The notes under the pieces were generated by a model. That model was not told the DNA's origin. It ran no database searches and saw only the letters and a list, made by a program, of their open reading frames with translations. The translations under genes and the position numbers were made by a program. Source: Macrostomum lignano (Eukaryota). From it: DNA of 64,000 nt. Position 1 is the first letter of the stretch. Each line of letters begins with the position of its first letter. Below, in pieces: positions 30,495-44,515 of the stretch. The DNA lies in NCBI GenBank assembly GCA_002269645.1, contig NIVC01001208.1, positions 124,001-188,000 on the forward strand. The letters run 5' to 3'.

Positions 30495-31535
30495 TACCAG
30501 CATGAGACACACTAGATCAGTGTGTAATACCAGCATGAGACACACTAGATCAGTGTGTGAATACCAGCATGAGACACACTAGATCAGCGTGTAAATACCA
30601 GCATGAGACACACCAGATCAGTGTGTAAATACCAGCATGAGACACACCAGATCAGTGTGTAAATACCAGCATGAGACACACCAGATCAGTGTGTAAATAT
30701 CAGCATGAGACACAGATCAGTGTGTAATACCAGCATGAGACACACCAGATCAGTGTGTAAATACCAGCATGAGACACACCAGATCAGTGTGTAAATACCA
30801 GCATGAGACACACCAGATCAGTGTGTAAATACCAGCATGAGACACACCAGATCAGCGTGTAAATACCAGCATGAGACACACCAGATCAGCGTGTAATACC
30901 AGCGTGAGACACACCAGATCAGCGTGTAAATACCAGCATGAGACACACCAGATCAGCGTGTAATACCAGCATGAGACACACTAGATCTGCGTGTAAATAC
31001 CAGCATGAGACACACCAGATCAGCGTGTAAATACCAGCATGAGACACACCAGATCAGCGTGTAAATACCAGCATGAAACACACCAAATCTGTGTGTAAAT
31101 ACCAGCATGAGACACACCAGATCAGCGTGTAAATACCAGCATGAAACACACCAGATCAGCGTGTAAATACCAGCATGAGACACACCAGATCAGCGTGTAA
31201 ATACCAGCATGAGACACACCAAATCTGTGTGTAAATACCAGCAGGAGACACACCAGATCAGTGTGTAAATACCAGCATGAGACACACCAGATCAGCGTGT
31301 AAATACCAGCATGAGACACACCAAATCTGCGTGTAAATACCAGCATGAAACACACCAAATCTGTGTGTAAATACCAGCAGGAGACACATAAGATCTGCGT
31401 GTAAATACCAGCATGAGACACACCAGATCAGCGTGTAAATACCAGCATGAGACACACCAAATCTGTGTGTAAATACCAGCAGGAGACACACCAGATCTGC
31501 GTGTAAATACCAGCATGAGACACAGATCAGTGTGT
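30495..31535 (+). repeat. 34-bp minisatellite (about 30 units)
   Basis: Unit taaataccagcatgagacacaccagatcagcgtg. Confidence 0.95.
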
Positions 31536-32269
31536 AATGCCAGCTCAAGTTAAAAAGTCAACAATATTCAATCATCATTCAGCAGTATCCCAGGCTCTAT
31601 ATGACGCTATTAACGTGGACTTCCTCAGCCAGACAGACATTAGCAGAAATCCCGAAGAGGCCGTCAAATTTGAGACTCGGAAAGTAAAAAGTAAAGAAAA
31701 AACTTTGCGGCTGATTAAATAATGCGAAGGACTCGACATGCAAATTCGAAGAGTTCTAGCTCCCTCTCCTTCTCGGCATACTTTTGATTCGATAGAATTC
31801 TCGTTTCAGAATCGAATTTTCGTTTCTCGGTCAAACGAGCTAATAAATGCAATTTGTTGTTTCCTTATCCCGTCTCCTTTTCTCCCCTTTAGGTCCTTGC
31901 GCCTTTGGATTTGATTGCCAAACTAACTTTTCTGGTTTGGTCAAGCAGAGTTAAAGAAACGTGTAAGGCATGAAGGATGTCTGGTTGAACAATTTTTAGT
32001 CGTATATAAGATTACGGCAGACAGTGGACTACATGTACTGAATATTAGTTAGAGTATACTATTCGTTGAGTGCCAGTAAATAAGTGAGAGAAACGACATT
32101 TGATGGATGACTGGCCTCGCTAGACTTAAACTCTTAGGATGAAAAGGATTGGCTCAATTCGACTTTAGCACATTTCATAACAATTTGGATTTACTTTAAC
32201 AGTCAATAAGGTTCTTTACAGTTTTGGTTGTTCTGTGAAATAGGAGAAATCAGTAATTAATTCTGCGTT

Positions 32270-32725
32270 CTTGGGGTGAGGAAGCGAGGTGTTTTTAGGG
32301 GTAGGGAGTGAGGTGGATGTTTTTGGTGGCAGGGAGTGAGGTAGATGCTTTTGGGGGCAGGGAGTGAGGTGGATGCTTTTGGGGCAAGGGAGTAAGGTGG
32401 GTGTTTTTCGGGCAGGGAGTGAGGTGGGTGTTTTGGGGGCAGGGAGTGAGGTGTGTTTTTAAGGGCAGGGAGTGAGGTGGGTGCTTTTGGGGCCAGGGAG
32501 TGAGGTGGGTGTTTTAGGTTCAGGGAGTGAATTGGGTGTTTTTGGGGGCAGGAAGTGAGATGGGTGTTTTTGGGGCCAGGGAGTGAGTTAGATGTTTTTG
32601 GGGGCACAGAGTGAGTTGGGTGTTGTTAAGATCCAGGGAGTGAGTTGGGTGTTTTAGGGTCAGGGAGTGAATTTGGTGTTTTTGGGGGCAGGGAGTGAGG
32701 TGGGTGTTTTTAGGGGTAGAGTGAA
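32270..32725 (+). repeat. About 27-28 bp G-rich minisatellite
   Basis: Unit agggagtgaggtgggtgtttttggggc. Confidence 0.9.
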
Positions 32726-33439
32726 GTGAGCGTTTCAAATCCAATATGCTAAAATAAAATGTACGTACGCATATATAGGGAACTAAATTTCAATACAATA
32801 CGGAGATGCAGCTCTCTAAATGAACTCGATGAAGCACTAACTTATTCAGACGGTTCCCGAAAAAGGAACACCGTAAAATGCAAATTCAATTTAATAGCTT
32901 GATCGTCAATCATTTGGCTGTTTCAAAGCAGAAAAAGCAAGCTTAAGAAGAACCGCCTACGCACGAGTTTTGTAAGAAATTATTCACAATATTTACTTTA
33001 CATATATCTATCATACATACGATGTATACAGAAGCCTACTGCACCCCAGGTGAACTCGGCATGTTGAGCAAACGTTTTTGCCCCTCCCCTTACCGTTGAA
33101 CAAAATGTTGGGAAGACGAAAAAGGCGCGGCAAATAACTACGTCTTTTGCAGAACAAATTGAACCGACGCCATATAATATTCAGTCACCCAGAGTGCTGA
33201 GGAATTAGCAATGCGTCCTTAACTTGACTTCCTCTTTTTAACCCCGTCGCCAAGGTTGCTTAGACAGATTTCCCACGAGAGTAGGTTTGAGGGATTCATA
33301 TGTTAGACTAATAAATGAATTAGACAGTTGCTAAAATGCTAAGAACAAAAGTGTGGGAAAATTCATTGTCCCCCATTTGTCTTCCAGTATCGCGGTAGAT
33401 GGGTCTGTGGGAGCATCATCGGGTCTGGAGTCTGGATCT

Positions 33440-33775
33440 ATGAGATTGGGGTTAGGATCTATGGCCTTGGGGTCAGTTTTATGGGCTTGGGGTCAGGATC
33501 TATATGGGATTGGGGTCAGGATCTATGGGCTTGGGGTCAGGATCTATGGGCTTGGGGTCAGGATCTATATGGGATTGGGGTCAGGATCTATGGGCTTGGG
33601 GTCAGGATCTATGGGCTTGGGGTCAGGATCTATATGGGATTGGGGTCAGGATCTATGGGCTTGGGGTCAGGATCTATGGGCTTGGGGTCAGGTCTTTGGG
33701 CACAGTTTGATTAACACTGAGGACCTGGGAGGCTGGCCCAGCAACTGAGGAACTGTGAGGGTGGCCCAGCAACTG
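33440..33775 (+). repeat. 21/23-bp minisatellite followed by about 2 units of family A in reverse orientation
   Basis: ttggggtcaggatctatgggc / ...tatatgggat; then gggaggctggcccagcaactgagg at 33726. Confidence 0.9.
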
Positions 33776-34789
33776 ATAGTTAGTAACCTGGAATAACAAT
33801 GTATGCCATTTATCGCTTATAGTTTCAGTGCAGAAAGCAATGAAATCAAGTCAGCGATATCTGTTACAGGTGAGTTTTGTTGTACATGAAAATGACACCA
33901 AAATACCTGCTGCACAGAGTTTTACTTATTGCTCAACAACACGGGTTTAAACAAATGGAGGCATTAAAAATGTTCATTGAGTTCATTGAGTTTGCGGTAA
34001 ACATATTCAATAAATAAGCTAGCGCTAGGCGAGATTGCACCCACAAAAGTGCATTTGAGTAAGCAGCTGAAGCGATAATCAGTTTGATCAGGAATAAAAG
34101 TTCCTACAAAGAGGGTATAAATAAGTGCAATAAAACGACTGGAATGTGTTCGATTTGTTGGGGTCGCTTAGAAATTCTAGGCCAGGAATGTGCGCAGCAT
34201 ACTACTATTGTTAGTAAAAAGTAAAACAAATTGCACTCGCAGGAAAAATAATGAGCGAATGAAATTCGGTTAAAATTATCAAGCTGACAAAAAATGAAAA
34301 AAGAACAAAAAAACAAAGCTGACTTCGGATGGAAAATTAGAAAATTGACTTGATTTTAAAAATCAGTTTAGCTTGCAGAAAGATTAACAAAAAGCATTTT
34401 GCACATTCAAAATTGTGTTGTAATAAACAGGTTTTAGGTTCTATGAAATGTTATAAATAACTTAAATACAACAACAGAATATAAAAAATGTTATAAATAT
34501 GAATTATTCATAGATATAAAAATATTGCACAATGCACTTAAATGTGCTATAATCCATGCATAAACTTCTACACAGATTATTGCACAGTTGTAAAAGTTTT
34601 GTTGCTAAAATTTTAACGATGTTTAATTTCTTTAACAGACACTGATACAGCTTTTGTAGCACTTGAAATTCATTGTAATGACAGCACAACGTGACCGCTT
34701 GTGTATCACCCCTGAACCCTGAATTGTAATAAACTAATCTAACTGCTGAATAGTTTTTACAAACTGAATAGCTAATTACAACCATCGAT

Positions 34790-36155
34790 CTACACCCTCA
34801 ATAGTTTATTACAACCATCAATCTACACCCTGAATAGTTTATTACACTCATAAATCTACACCCTGAATAGTTTATTACACTCATAAATCTACACCCTGAA
34901 TAGTTTATTACAATCATAAAGCTACACCCTGAATTGTTTATTACAACCATCAATCTACACCCTGAATAGTTTCTTACAATCATAAAGCTACACACTGAAT
35001 AGTTTATTACAACCATCAATCTACACCCTGAATAGTTTATTACACTCATAAAGCTACACACTGAATAGTTTATTACAACCATCAATCTACACCCTGAATA
35101 GTTTATTACACTCATAAATCTACAACCTGAATAGTTTATTACACTCATAAATCTACACCCTGAATAGTTTATTACAATCATAAATCTACACCCTGAATAG
35201 TTTATTACACTCATAAATCTACAACCTGAATAGTTTATTACACTCATAAATCTACACCCTGAATAGTTTATTACAATCATAAATCTACACACTGAATAGT
35301 TTATTACAACCATCAATCTACACCCTGAATAGTTTATTACACTCATAAATCTACACCCTGAATTGTTTATTACACTCATAAAGCTACACCCTGAATAGTT
35401 TATTACACTCATAAATCTACACCCTGAATAGTTTATTACAATCATAAATCTACACACTGAATAGTTTATTACAATCATAAATCTACACACTGAATAGTTT
35501 ATTACAATCATAAATCTACACACTGAATAGTTTATTACACTCATAAAGCTACACACTGAATAGTTTATTACACTCATAAAGCTACACACTGAATAGTTTA
35601 TTACACTCATAAATCTACACCCTGAATTGTTTATTACACTCATAAAGCTACACACTGAATAGTTTATTACACTCATAAAGCTACACACTGAATAGTTTAT
35701 TACACTCATAAATCTACACCCTGAATAGTTTATTACACTCATAAAGCTACACACTGAATAGTTTATTACAATCATAAATCTACACCCTGAATTGTTTATT
35801 ACACTCATAAAGCTACACACTGAATTGTTTATTACACTCATAAAGCTACACACTGAATAGTTTATTACACTCATAAATCTACACCCTGAATAGTTTATTA
35901 CACTCATAAAGCTACACACTGAATTGTTTATTACACTCATAAAGCTACACACTGAATAGTTTATTACACTCATAAATCTACACCCTGAATAGTTTATTAC
36001 AATCATAAATCTACACCCTGAATAGTTTATTACAATCATAAATCTACACCCTGAATAGTTTATTACAATCATAAATCTACACCCTGAATAGTTTATTACA
36101 ATCATAAATCTACACACTGAATAGTTTATTACAATCATAAATCTACACCCTGAAC
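34790..36155 (-). repeat. 33-bp minisatellite (about 41 units) immediately 3' of the claudin stop codon
   Basis: Plus-strand unit ctacaccctgaatagtttattacactcataaat; nearly every unit carries AATAAA on the gene's sense strand. Confidence 0.95.
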
Positions 36156-36163
36156 AGAACCTT

Positions 36164-38172
36164 CTACACAGTGGTATCGCCGCCAAATTCTTCGTGCGCT
36201 TTCAAAGGTCGCGAGCTCGCGCCGTAGCCGCGACGCTCGCCGGCGTAGCGACGGAAGCCGCTGTCAACGCCGGCGCCGACGCTGGCATTGGCGGGCGCGG
36301 CACCGTGGCTCAGATGACTGGACGCGGTGATTGACATCGGGAAATTGTACTGCTCATCGTCCAGCCTCACCGCGTCGGCCAGTTGCTGGCTAAACAGCAC
36401 TATTATAGCGAAGCCGGTGAAGAAAGTGGCCAGGCAGGAGAGACCGAACGACCAGGATGGCCAGTTCAAGGATGGGATCGGCATCCAGTAGGGATCGTTG
36501 TGTTTGAATGCGAATATGATGTTGGCGATGATTAGACAGCAGACTGCGGGACAGGATTGACATGGATGAGCTGCCGGTAGACTTTGATTAGGTACATGGA
36601 GTACTTAGGAGGCTGGTGGGTGGCCCCAGAAACTGATTATCTGGGAGGCTGGCCCAGCAACTGATTATCTGGGAGGCTGGCCCAGAATATCTGGGAGGCT
36701 AGCTAAGCAACTGACACTCTGGGAGGCTGGCCCAGGAACTAAGGATCTGGGAGGCTGGCCCAGCGATTGAGTATCTGGGAGGCTGGCCCAGTAACTGAGC
36801 ATCTGGGAGGCTGGCCTAGCAACTGAGGATCTGGGAGGCTCGCCCAGCAGCTGAGAATCTGGGAGGCTGGCCCAGCTACTGGGGATCTGGGAGGCCGGCC
36901 CAGAAACTAAGGATCTGGGAGGCTGGCCCAGCAACTGAGAATCTGGGAGGCTGGCCCAGCTACTGGGGATCTGGGAGGCTGGCCCAGAAACTAAGGATCT
37001 GGGAGGCTGGCCCAGCAGCTGAGTATCTGGGAGGCTGGCCCAGCAACTGAGTATCTGGAAGAGTTTAGCAAAGAAAGTCAGTAATAAAAGGTGTAAGACT
37101 TACAGATAAAAATGTTGATGTAGTACAGCACCCGAGACAGCAGGACCCTCTGCTGCACATGGGTGATGACATCACAGGTGTAGACAAGCATTAGGATTAC
37201 ATTGGCTAGGCCAATCAGGAATGCCAAGGTTACAAACAACTGAATGAATCGAAACCAAGCTAAAAAGTGTTGCACAGGGAGTGGGTTCTTGTTTTTATGA
37301 TTCAGAGCATTTGGAAGGCAAGATAAGGAGATATTATAAAATATTAACAAATCATTTTGGTATATTTATAAAAAAAATTTAAGTTATATACCATAAAGTA
37401 TGGCTTTTCAAATTTAGTTTACCTACATTTTATGAAAAAAATAATATACAAGCAAAACAAGAAAACTATTAATAAGCTATGTTATTAACTTGTAATAACT
37501 TGCAAATTATTTTCCGAATTGAAAATATTTTGGAATTTTTTTATGACTTTTATCTAAGCACTTGTCTTATATTTTAGGTTTCAAGTTTTAAACACTAATA
37601 ATAATAAGTTAATAATTGATGGAAAATCCCAGTTTATATAGTTCAATTGTAATTAATTCAATTATTATACTATTTCAAATAGGCAATCAATCTGTGATTG
37701 AAAGGATTTTATTGGTAGGCAGATCTATAGTCAGGCATAACAATATGCATATACATATATCACATAAATTTATGGTACGGCATTGTACAGAACTTCTAAA
37801 AATTGTATTAACGGTCTCTTGTGCATAAAAAAGGATTTTATTGCAGCAGAAACATTACTTACGAGGAGTTAGTACATTCCGAATAGGATCATAATATGGA
37901 GCGAATATCCACCAGCATCCATAAAATGACTGCACATTTTCATCCCGTCTGTGTACATAGCCGTCCATGCAGAATTCCCATAGTCCGAGTTTATCAAATG
38001 GGGTGTGAATACGCGACCAAGAGACGAGCCAGTAAGGAGAAACAAAAGAAATTAGAACTGAAATGAATGATACAATACTGAAAACTGTCGCAACAACCTT
38101 CTTTTGAAAAAATCTCCTTGACATCCTCGCGGACTTCCCATTTTGCTGTTGGTATGGCTGATACTGGTTCAT
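36164..38172 (-). CDS. Invertebrate claudin-like tetraspan (kune-kune/sinuous-like, PMP22-claudin superfamily), 3 exons, about 281 aa
   Basis: Exons 38172-37863, 37259-37104 and 36543-36164, GT-AG, phases 1, 1; sum 846 nt. SFVSPYWLVSW...KLGLWEFC...YGCWW (W-GLW-C-C signature), PPWFRFIQLFVTLAF, DPYWMPIPSLNWPSWSFGLSC; four hydrophobic segments; C-terminal TTV (possible PDZ ligand). Confidence 0.9.
36610..37060 (-). repeat. 28-bp minisatellite family A (reverse orientation) in claudin intron 2
   Basis: gggaggctggcccagcaactga.gatct is the reverse complement of the 20185-21045 unit. Confidence 0.95.
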
Positions 38173-40569
38173 TATGGCAACAAAACAAAAGACCAGACGA
38201 CTATTTTAAAAATCAAGAGCTGAAAGAGACTGTAATTTCTACTTTCAGCTCCTGGCCGCTGGCCTGACTTTGTCTCTGTACCTGGTCTCGGTCAAGGTAC
38301 AAATCCAGGAAATTTTTTTATTTTGAAATTGTGCGCGCGTCAATAGTGTGCCTAGTATATCAAAAATAAAAAAAAGTTATACGTTAAACTATTATTACAA
38401 CGTGATGAAATTTATTTTCCGACGCTACATTCGTAATATACCTAGTATAATAGTAAAACTAAAGATTTTTTTATTTGCGGTATATGAAAATGAAAATACA
38501 AGAATACTACGAGTTTTCGCGTGATCTCATCCGTCTCAATGTACTCGCAAGTGACTTGACTTCGCTCAAAAGCGATTTTATCGATTTTAGGTTCGTTTTT
38601 ACAAACTTTAAATAGTGCTATGAGGATTGTTTTTTCGCATTTAATACTATATAGTACGCCTTTATTGATTTTTCAAAAGTTTATTATTTGAAACAATATA
38701 TTGATACCATGCATAAACGCAAAAAGTGTCAAAAACATGCATTAATTTATAAGCTTATAACCAAACCAGAAAATCAAACCAGAAAATATATATTTCATTT
38801 GCAAATATTCGCGTGATATATCAGCTTTGATAGATGATCTATGATCGATCTATCATCTATCAGCTTTATTTCAGCTTTTTAGGTTCGTTCTAGTGATAGC
38901 GATTCGATCTTGAATTTATTAAATGTCAGTATGCAATTACATGTACATGTATATCTTCTTATCAATACCACAACATTTTTTTCATATAGTTGGCATTATG
39001 TGCATTTGATCTAAAGCCTAGAGTTCTGAGTTGCAAAAAGTGAATAGACAATTCGATTTTATATGCGTTTTAATTGTAGTCAGTTCGAATGGACACGGAG
39101 CTAAATTAAAAAATTGCATGACCATGCATTCAATTATCGTCGGCCGATCGCGTATGTAGGCACTGCGCACTGCGCACTCCAAAGTCAGCCTCTATAACAG
39201 GATTAGTCCCTGGTTTATTTGGAAAGATCGAGGGCAATAATAATAACTACTGGCATACGGATAATACATTAGCAACAGGGATAAAAATTGAAGGAGTTGG
39301 CCTTTTTTATTCAATTTCTGATCATACATTTACATGTAGGTAGAATTCTCAGGCATTCGATTGGATATCGAATTATTCGGCAAATTGCCAAAATCCCAAT
39401 GGGAGTGGCACGATAGTGAGTGTATAGCTGGGCAAATTGCCACGATCCATCTGCTAGTAGGGGCTAATTATTGCATGATTTGTGTCTCATTTTAGCTTAA
39501 CTCTGTACTCATTCTAAGTACATAACTGCTATATTTTTTATTATGATCAACTGTGAATCTACATGTAGTTGCATGGGTGAATAATGCGAATTTAATGGTA
39601 CAAAAGTGTGATGGTGCTCACTATCTAATCAAATAATTATAAAAGTTACCAAATAAACAAATACAAGTTAAAAATAAAAAATCTAACCAAAACCATAAGC
39701 AAATTTGACGCTATTCATTACTATTCGCGACTTGTCTGCTCGTTGGTCGATAAACATGTACGAGCAAATAGTCTATGGCAAAACTTGTTTAATTTAGTGT
39801 ACACTCGTATAATGGCAGCTAGCTTCTCTAACTCGCTAATGGACGAGCACTTTGAAGCCAAATGAAAGATCATTATTTAGTAAACAATGATTGCGTGTTA
39901 AATAATTCCTGTGCACTTTTTGAGTCCTATAGATACTTTCAGAAGAAGTAAAGCTGAGCACTATTTTGAGGTCGGTATTAAACTGTTAAGTAAGTAATTA
40001 GATATTAGGATGAAAAAAGAATACATTAGTATCAATGGAACGCAATGTAATGCGCAATTCAGGACTATAATACTCCATAATAACGCGCAGTTTGAGAATA
40101 GAAGACTGTATGAGGTTGTGCTCATAAGCCTATACGATCCCGCAACACCATGCAATCTTCTTTTGGTATCCAGGAAGTAGCGGGTGATTCTCAGCTGCTT
40201 CCAATAAAACCGCTTCATAGCCTTACCTGTACAGCTTAGCCGCACACGTCCCCTTTACAATGCGTTCCCATTTCGTTCTCATTTTAGGAGAACTAAGATT
40301 TATGATAGGATTCAGTACTCAAAAGCATCACATTGGCTAGGTTAAATCCGAGGGTTTACTCATGGATTATATAATTAAAGTTGAGGAAAAATGTCTAACC
40401 CTGAGGTCGTTGTCTTGGAAAGGGTTTTCCCATGAAACTAATAGTTTAGATAAGCATGTTGTGACTTGGTTGTAGTATGAGATAAATACACTGTGAAACG
40501 GGCGGGCTGAACGGGCAGGGTTGTGGCGTGAGGTGGCGGCATAGCGGGTAGCGAAATTAATTAGAATAA

Positions 40570-40915
40570 AAAGGCTGGATAAGGAGGCTTGCGGCGTGAG
40601 GTGGCTGCCTGGCGGGGTAGAGAGTGTAATTAGAATAGAAAGGCTGGATAAGGAGGCTTGCGGCGTGAGGTGGCTGCCTGGCGGGGTAGAGAGTGTAATT
40701 AGAATAGAAAGGCTGGATAAGGAGGCTTGCGGCGTGAGGTGGCTGCCTGGCGGGGTAGCGAATTTAATTAAAATAGACAAGGAGGATTGTGACGTGAGGT
40801 GGCTGTCTTGGCGGGGTAGCGAATTTAACTAAAATAGACAAGGAAGGTCGTGGAGCGAGGTGGCTGCCTGGCAGGGTAGATAATTTATAGAATGGACAAG
40901 CTGGATGTGAGGTGG
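40570..40915 (+). repeat. 69-bp tandem repeat (about 3 near-perfect plus 2 degenerate units)
   Basis: ggctggataaggaggcttgcggcgtgaggtggctgcctggcggggtagagagtgtaattagaatagaaa. Confidence 0.9.
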
Positions 40916-41769
40916 GTGTCCTGAAATGAATGGAGGCAGAATATACAGAATCAAAGGACACAGAATTTGGCACTACATATTTTTCTATATCTCAGTTGTC
41001 TAGCTTGATTCGCGCTACAAGTCACTAAAAGCAGCTCAGGAAAGAGAAAAATTACAATACGGAACAGGTAAATCACAGCAATAAGCGAACCTTCCATTGT
41101 TTCTTACATCAAAAGGGGATGCTTTTGAGTCCGCACGGGTAAATTGATTGCAGCTTAAAAATAGATTAAGTCTAGATATAGATGGAATATGGATTCAGGT
41201 AATTATTTAGCGCAGCGACTGTTACATGCATGAAATCACAGTGCCTTGCTGGTAGACCCGCAGCCAAGGATAAAAAAGCAATTTTTTGACTGCATTTTTT
41301 TCGACTGTCAAAAACGTTTCCTCCTCTGAAGGCCTGATCAGCAACAAAGGTTGGCTGGCAATTCGAGATTGAATGAGAGAGATAGGCAGGGAGCAAGGCA
41401 GATCAGTTGAGCCCTGAGCAGAATGAAGAGAGTACTGTATACCGTAGATGCCGACGAATGCACAAGGGTTATGGGTGATGGGATCTGCTCCATGCGCTGC
41501 GATTGGATGAATTCTATAGCTATATAACTTGGGATTTTTACCTGCAATTTACTGAGGCTTCTATAGGCGTATTGCAGAAATAAACCAACGTTTAATTTTC
41601 AACCATTCGGCTTCTGAAGTGAATTTGAGATATTTCAAGCCAGGGGTAAGTAGTGTCGTTTTTTCGACAATATTGATACTGCTGATATGAATTACTATTT
41701 CAGATAAAATTAAATGATCTGGGTTAGACTGACAGACGCGGAGTAGGTCAGGGTGTGATAAGGAGAGTC

Positions 41770-43455
41770 CCACTGTGAGAGAAGGAGGGACTGTGAGATA
41801 AGGAGAGTTACACTGTGAGATAGGAGAGTTACACTGTGAGATAGGAGAGTTACACTGTGAGATAGGAGAGTTACACTGTGAGATAGGAGAGTTACACTGT
41901 GAGATAGGAGAGTTACACTGTGAGATAAGGATAGTTACACTGTGAGATAAGGAGAGTTACACTGTGAGATAAGGAGAGTTACACTGTGAGATAAGGAGAG
42001 TTACACTGTGAGATAGGAGAGTTACACTGTGAGATAGGAGAGTTACACTGTGAGATAGGAGAGTTACACTGTGAGATAGGAGAGTTACACTGTGAGATAG
42101 GAGAGTTACACTGTGAGATAGGAGAGTTACACTGTGAGATAGGAGAGTTACACTGTGAGATAAGGATAGTTACACTGTGAGATAAGGAGAGTTACACTGT
42201 GAGATAAGGAGAGTTACACTGTGAGATAAGGAGAGTTACACTGTGAGATAAGGAGAGTTACACTGTGAGATAAGGAGAGTTACACTGTGAGATAGGAGAG
42301 TTACACTGTGAGATAAGAATAGTTACACTGTGAGATAAGGATAGTTACACTGTGAGATAAGGATAGTTACACTGTGAGATAAGGAGAGTTACACTGTGAG
42401 ATAGGAGAGTTACACTGTGAGATAGGAGAGTTACACTGTGAGATAAGAATAGTTAGACTGTGAGATAAGGATAGTTACACTGTGAGATAAGGAGAGTTAC
42501 ACTGTGAGATAAGGATAGTTACACTGTGAGATAAGGATAGTTACACTGTGAGATAGGAGAGTTACACTGTGAGATAGGAGAGTTACACTGTGAGATAAGG
42601 AGAGTTACACTGTGAGATAAGGAGAGTTACACTGTGAGATAAGGAGAGTCAGACTGGGAAAGAAGGAGAATCGGACAGAGAAGGAGAGTCAGACTGTGAG
42701 AGAAGGAGAGTCAGACTGTGAGAGAAGGAGAGTCAGACTGTGAGAGAAGGAGAGTCAGACTGTGAGAGAAGGAGAGACTGTGAGAGAAAGAGAGTCAGAT
42801 TGTGAAATAAAGAGAGTCAGACTGTGAGAGAAGAAGAGTCAGATTGTGAGAGAAAGAGAGTCAGACTGTGAGAGAAGGAGAGTCAGATTGTGAAATAAAG
42901 AGAGTCAGACTGTGAGAGAAGAAAAGTCAGATTGTGAAATAAAGAGAGTCAGACTGTGAGAGAAAGAGAGTCAGATTGTGAAATAAAGAGAGTCAGACTG
43001 TGAGAGAAGAAGAGTCAGATTGTGAAATAAAGAGAGTCAGACTGTGAGAGAAAGAGAGTCAGATTGTGAAATAAAGAGAGTCAGACTGTGAGAGAAAGAG
43101 AGTCAGACTGTGAGAGAAGGAGAGTCAGATTGTGAAATAAAGAGAGTCAGACTGTGAGAGAAAGAGAGTCAGATTGTGAAATAAAGAGAGTCAGACTGTG
43201 AGAGAAAGAGAGTCAGATTGTGAAATAAAGAGAGTCAGACTGTGAGAGAAAGAGAGTCAGACTGTGAGAGAAGGAGAGTCAGATTGTGAAATAAAGAGAG
43301 TCAGACTGTGAGAGAAAGAGAGTCAGATTGTGAAATAAAGAGAGTCAGACTGTGAGAGAAGAAGAGTCAGATTGTGAAATAAAGAGAGTCAGACTGTGAG
43401 AGAAAGAGAGTCAGATTGTGAAATAAAGAGAGTCAGACTGTGAGAGAAGGAGAGT
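41770..43455 (+). repeat. Compound 21-22 bp minisatellite with a unit switch near 42645
   Basis: gagttacactgtgagata(a)gga changes to gagtcagactgtgagagaagga, then to an alternating dimer with gagtcagattgtgaaataaaga. Confidence 0.95.
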
Positions 43456-44009
43456 CACACCCTGCCAGGCCTGACGGGGCCCCACTACAAGTTTGCTCAC
43501 ACTCCAAAAGAAAACCGAAAGCGCGCACAGAGTGGGTGATGGGAATGAGTTAAGGGTGCCTGAACTCAGCCTCCTCCTATCCCCCGTGTGTGCCCGCATA
43601 AATTATTAATGTTAGTCATATAGCGATTACTTACAAACCCTCACTTCCCCCGTATGGATTAATGTCCCGTGAAATTTCCTTCTCCGCTCCCGTATTTATC
43701 CTCCCCCCTTCCAGCCCGCATGAGATTAGCAATGCTTCTAGACAATTATAAGGCCAGGAAAGCACAGTGCAGTTGTCTTTAAACCCGAGTGTTTACATGT
43801 TTTTCTTGAAGCGTGAAAATGCTCTGCCTTACGACTAGCGACTCTGAATTAATGGCTTTCCTAGTTAACTGCATCTCGACCTGATGCAACTTTTTTCTAG
43901 TTTTCAGACGCCTTTTCAGATGGGCTCCTTGCCGTCCCTAGCCCTGCTCATATTCCTTCTCGTCAGGAAAGTGACATTCTTGCCTCTCAATTTTCACTTA
44001 GTTTTCTCT

Positions 44010-44515
44010 TTTACACTCTTCTGTCACTCTCTTCTGTCACTCTCTTCTGTCACTCTCTTCTGTCACTCTCTTCTGTCACTCTCTTCTGTCACTCTCTTCT
44101 GTCACTCTCTTCTGTCACTCTCTTCTGTCACTCTCTTCTGTCACTCTCTTCTGTCACTCTCTTCTGTCTCTCTTGTTTCCCTCTCTCAAGTTTCTGTCTA
44201 ATTCTTTGTGTCGCTCTCTTCACTGTCACTCTCTTCACTGTCACTCTCTTCACTGTCACTCGCTTCACTGTCACTCGCTTCACTGTCACTCTCTTCACTG
44301 TCACTCTCTTCTGTCACTCTCAAGTTTCTGTCTTATTCTTTGTGTCGCTCTATTTACTGCCCCTCTCTTCATTGTCACTCTCTTCACTGTCACTCTCTTC
44401 ATTGTCACTCTCTTCACTGTCACTCTCTTCACTGTCACTCTCTTCACTGTCACTCTCTTCACTGTCACTCTCTACACTGTCACTCTCTTTACTTTCACTC
44501 TCTTCACTGTCACCC
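44010..44515 (+). repeat. 13-bp (cttctgtcactct) then 15-bp (cactgtcactctctt) minisatellites
   Basis: Directly visible; source of the SL/HC-rich spurious ORFs. Confidence 0.95.

Noticed and set aside
31700-31860. About 50-codon open frame on - (LHLLARLTEKRKFDSETRILSNQKYAEKERELELFE)
   Set aside because: Bounded by stops, with no splice context or homology recognised.
34798-36186. 462-aa ORF of 11-aa repeats
   Set aside because: A 33-bp unit that happens to lack a stop in one frame; it lies behind the claudin stop and has no independent coding evidence.
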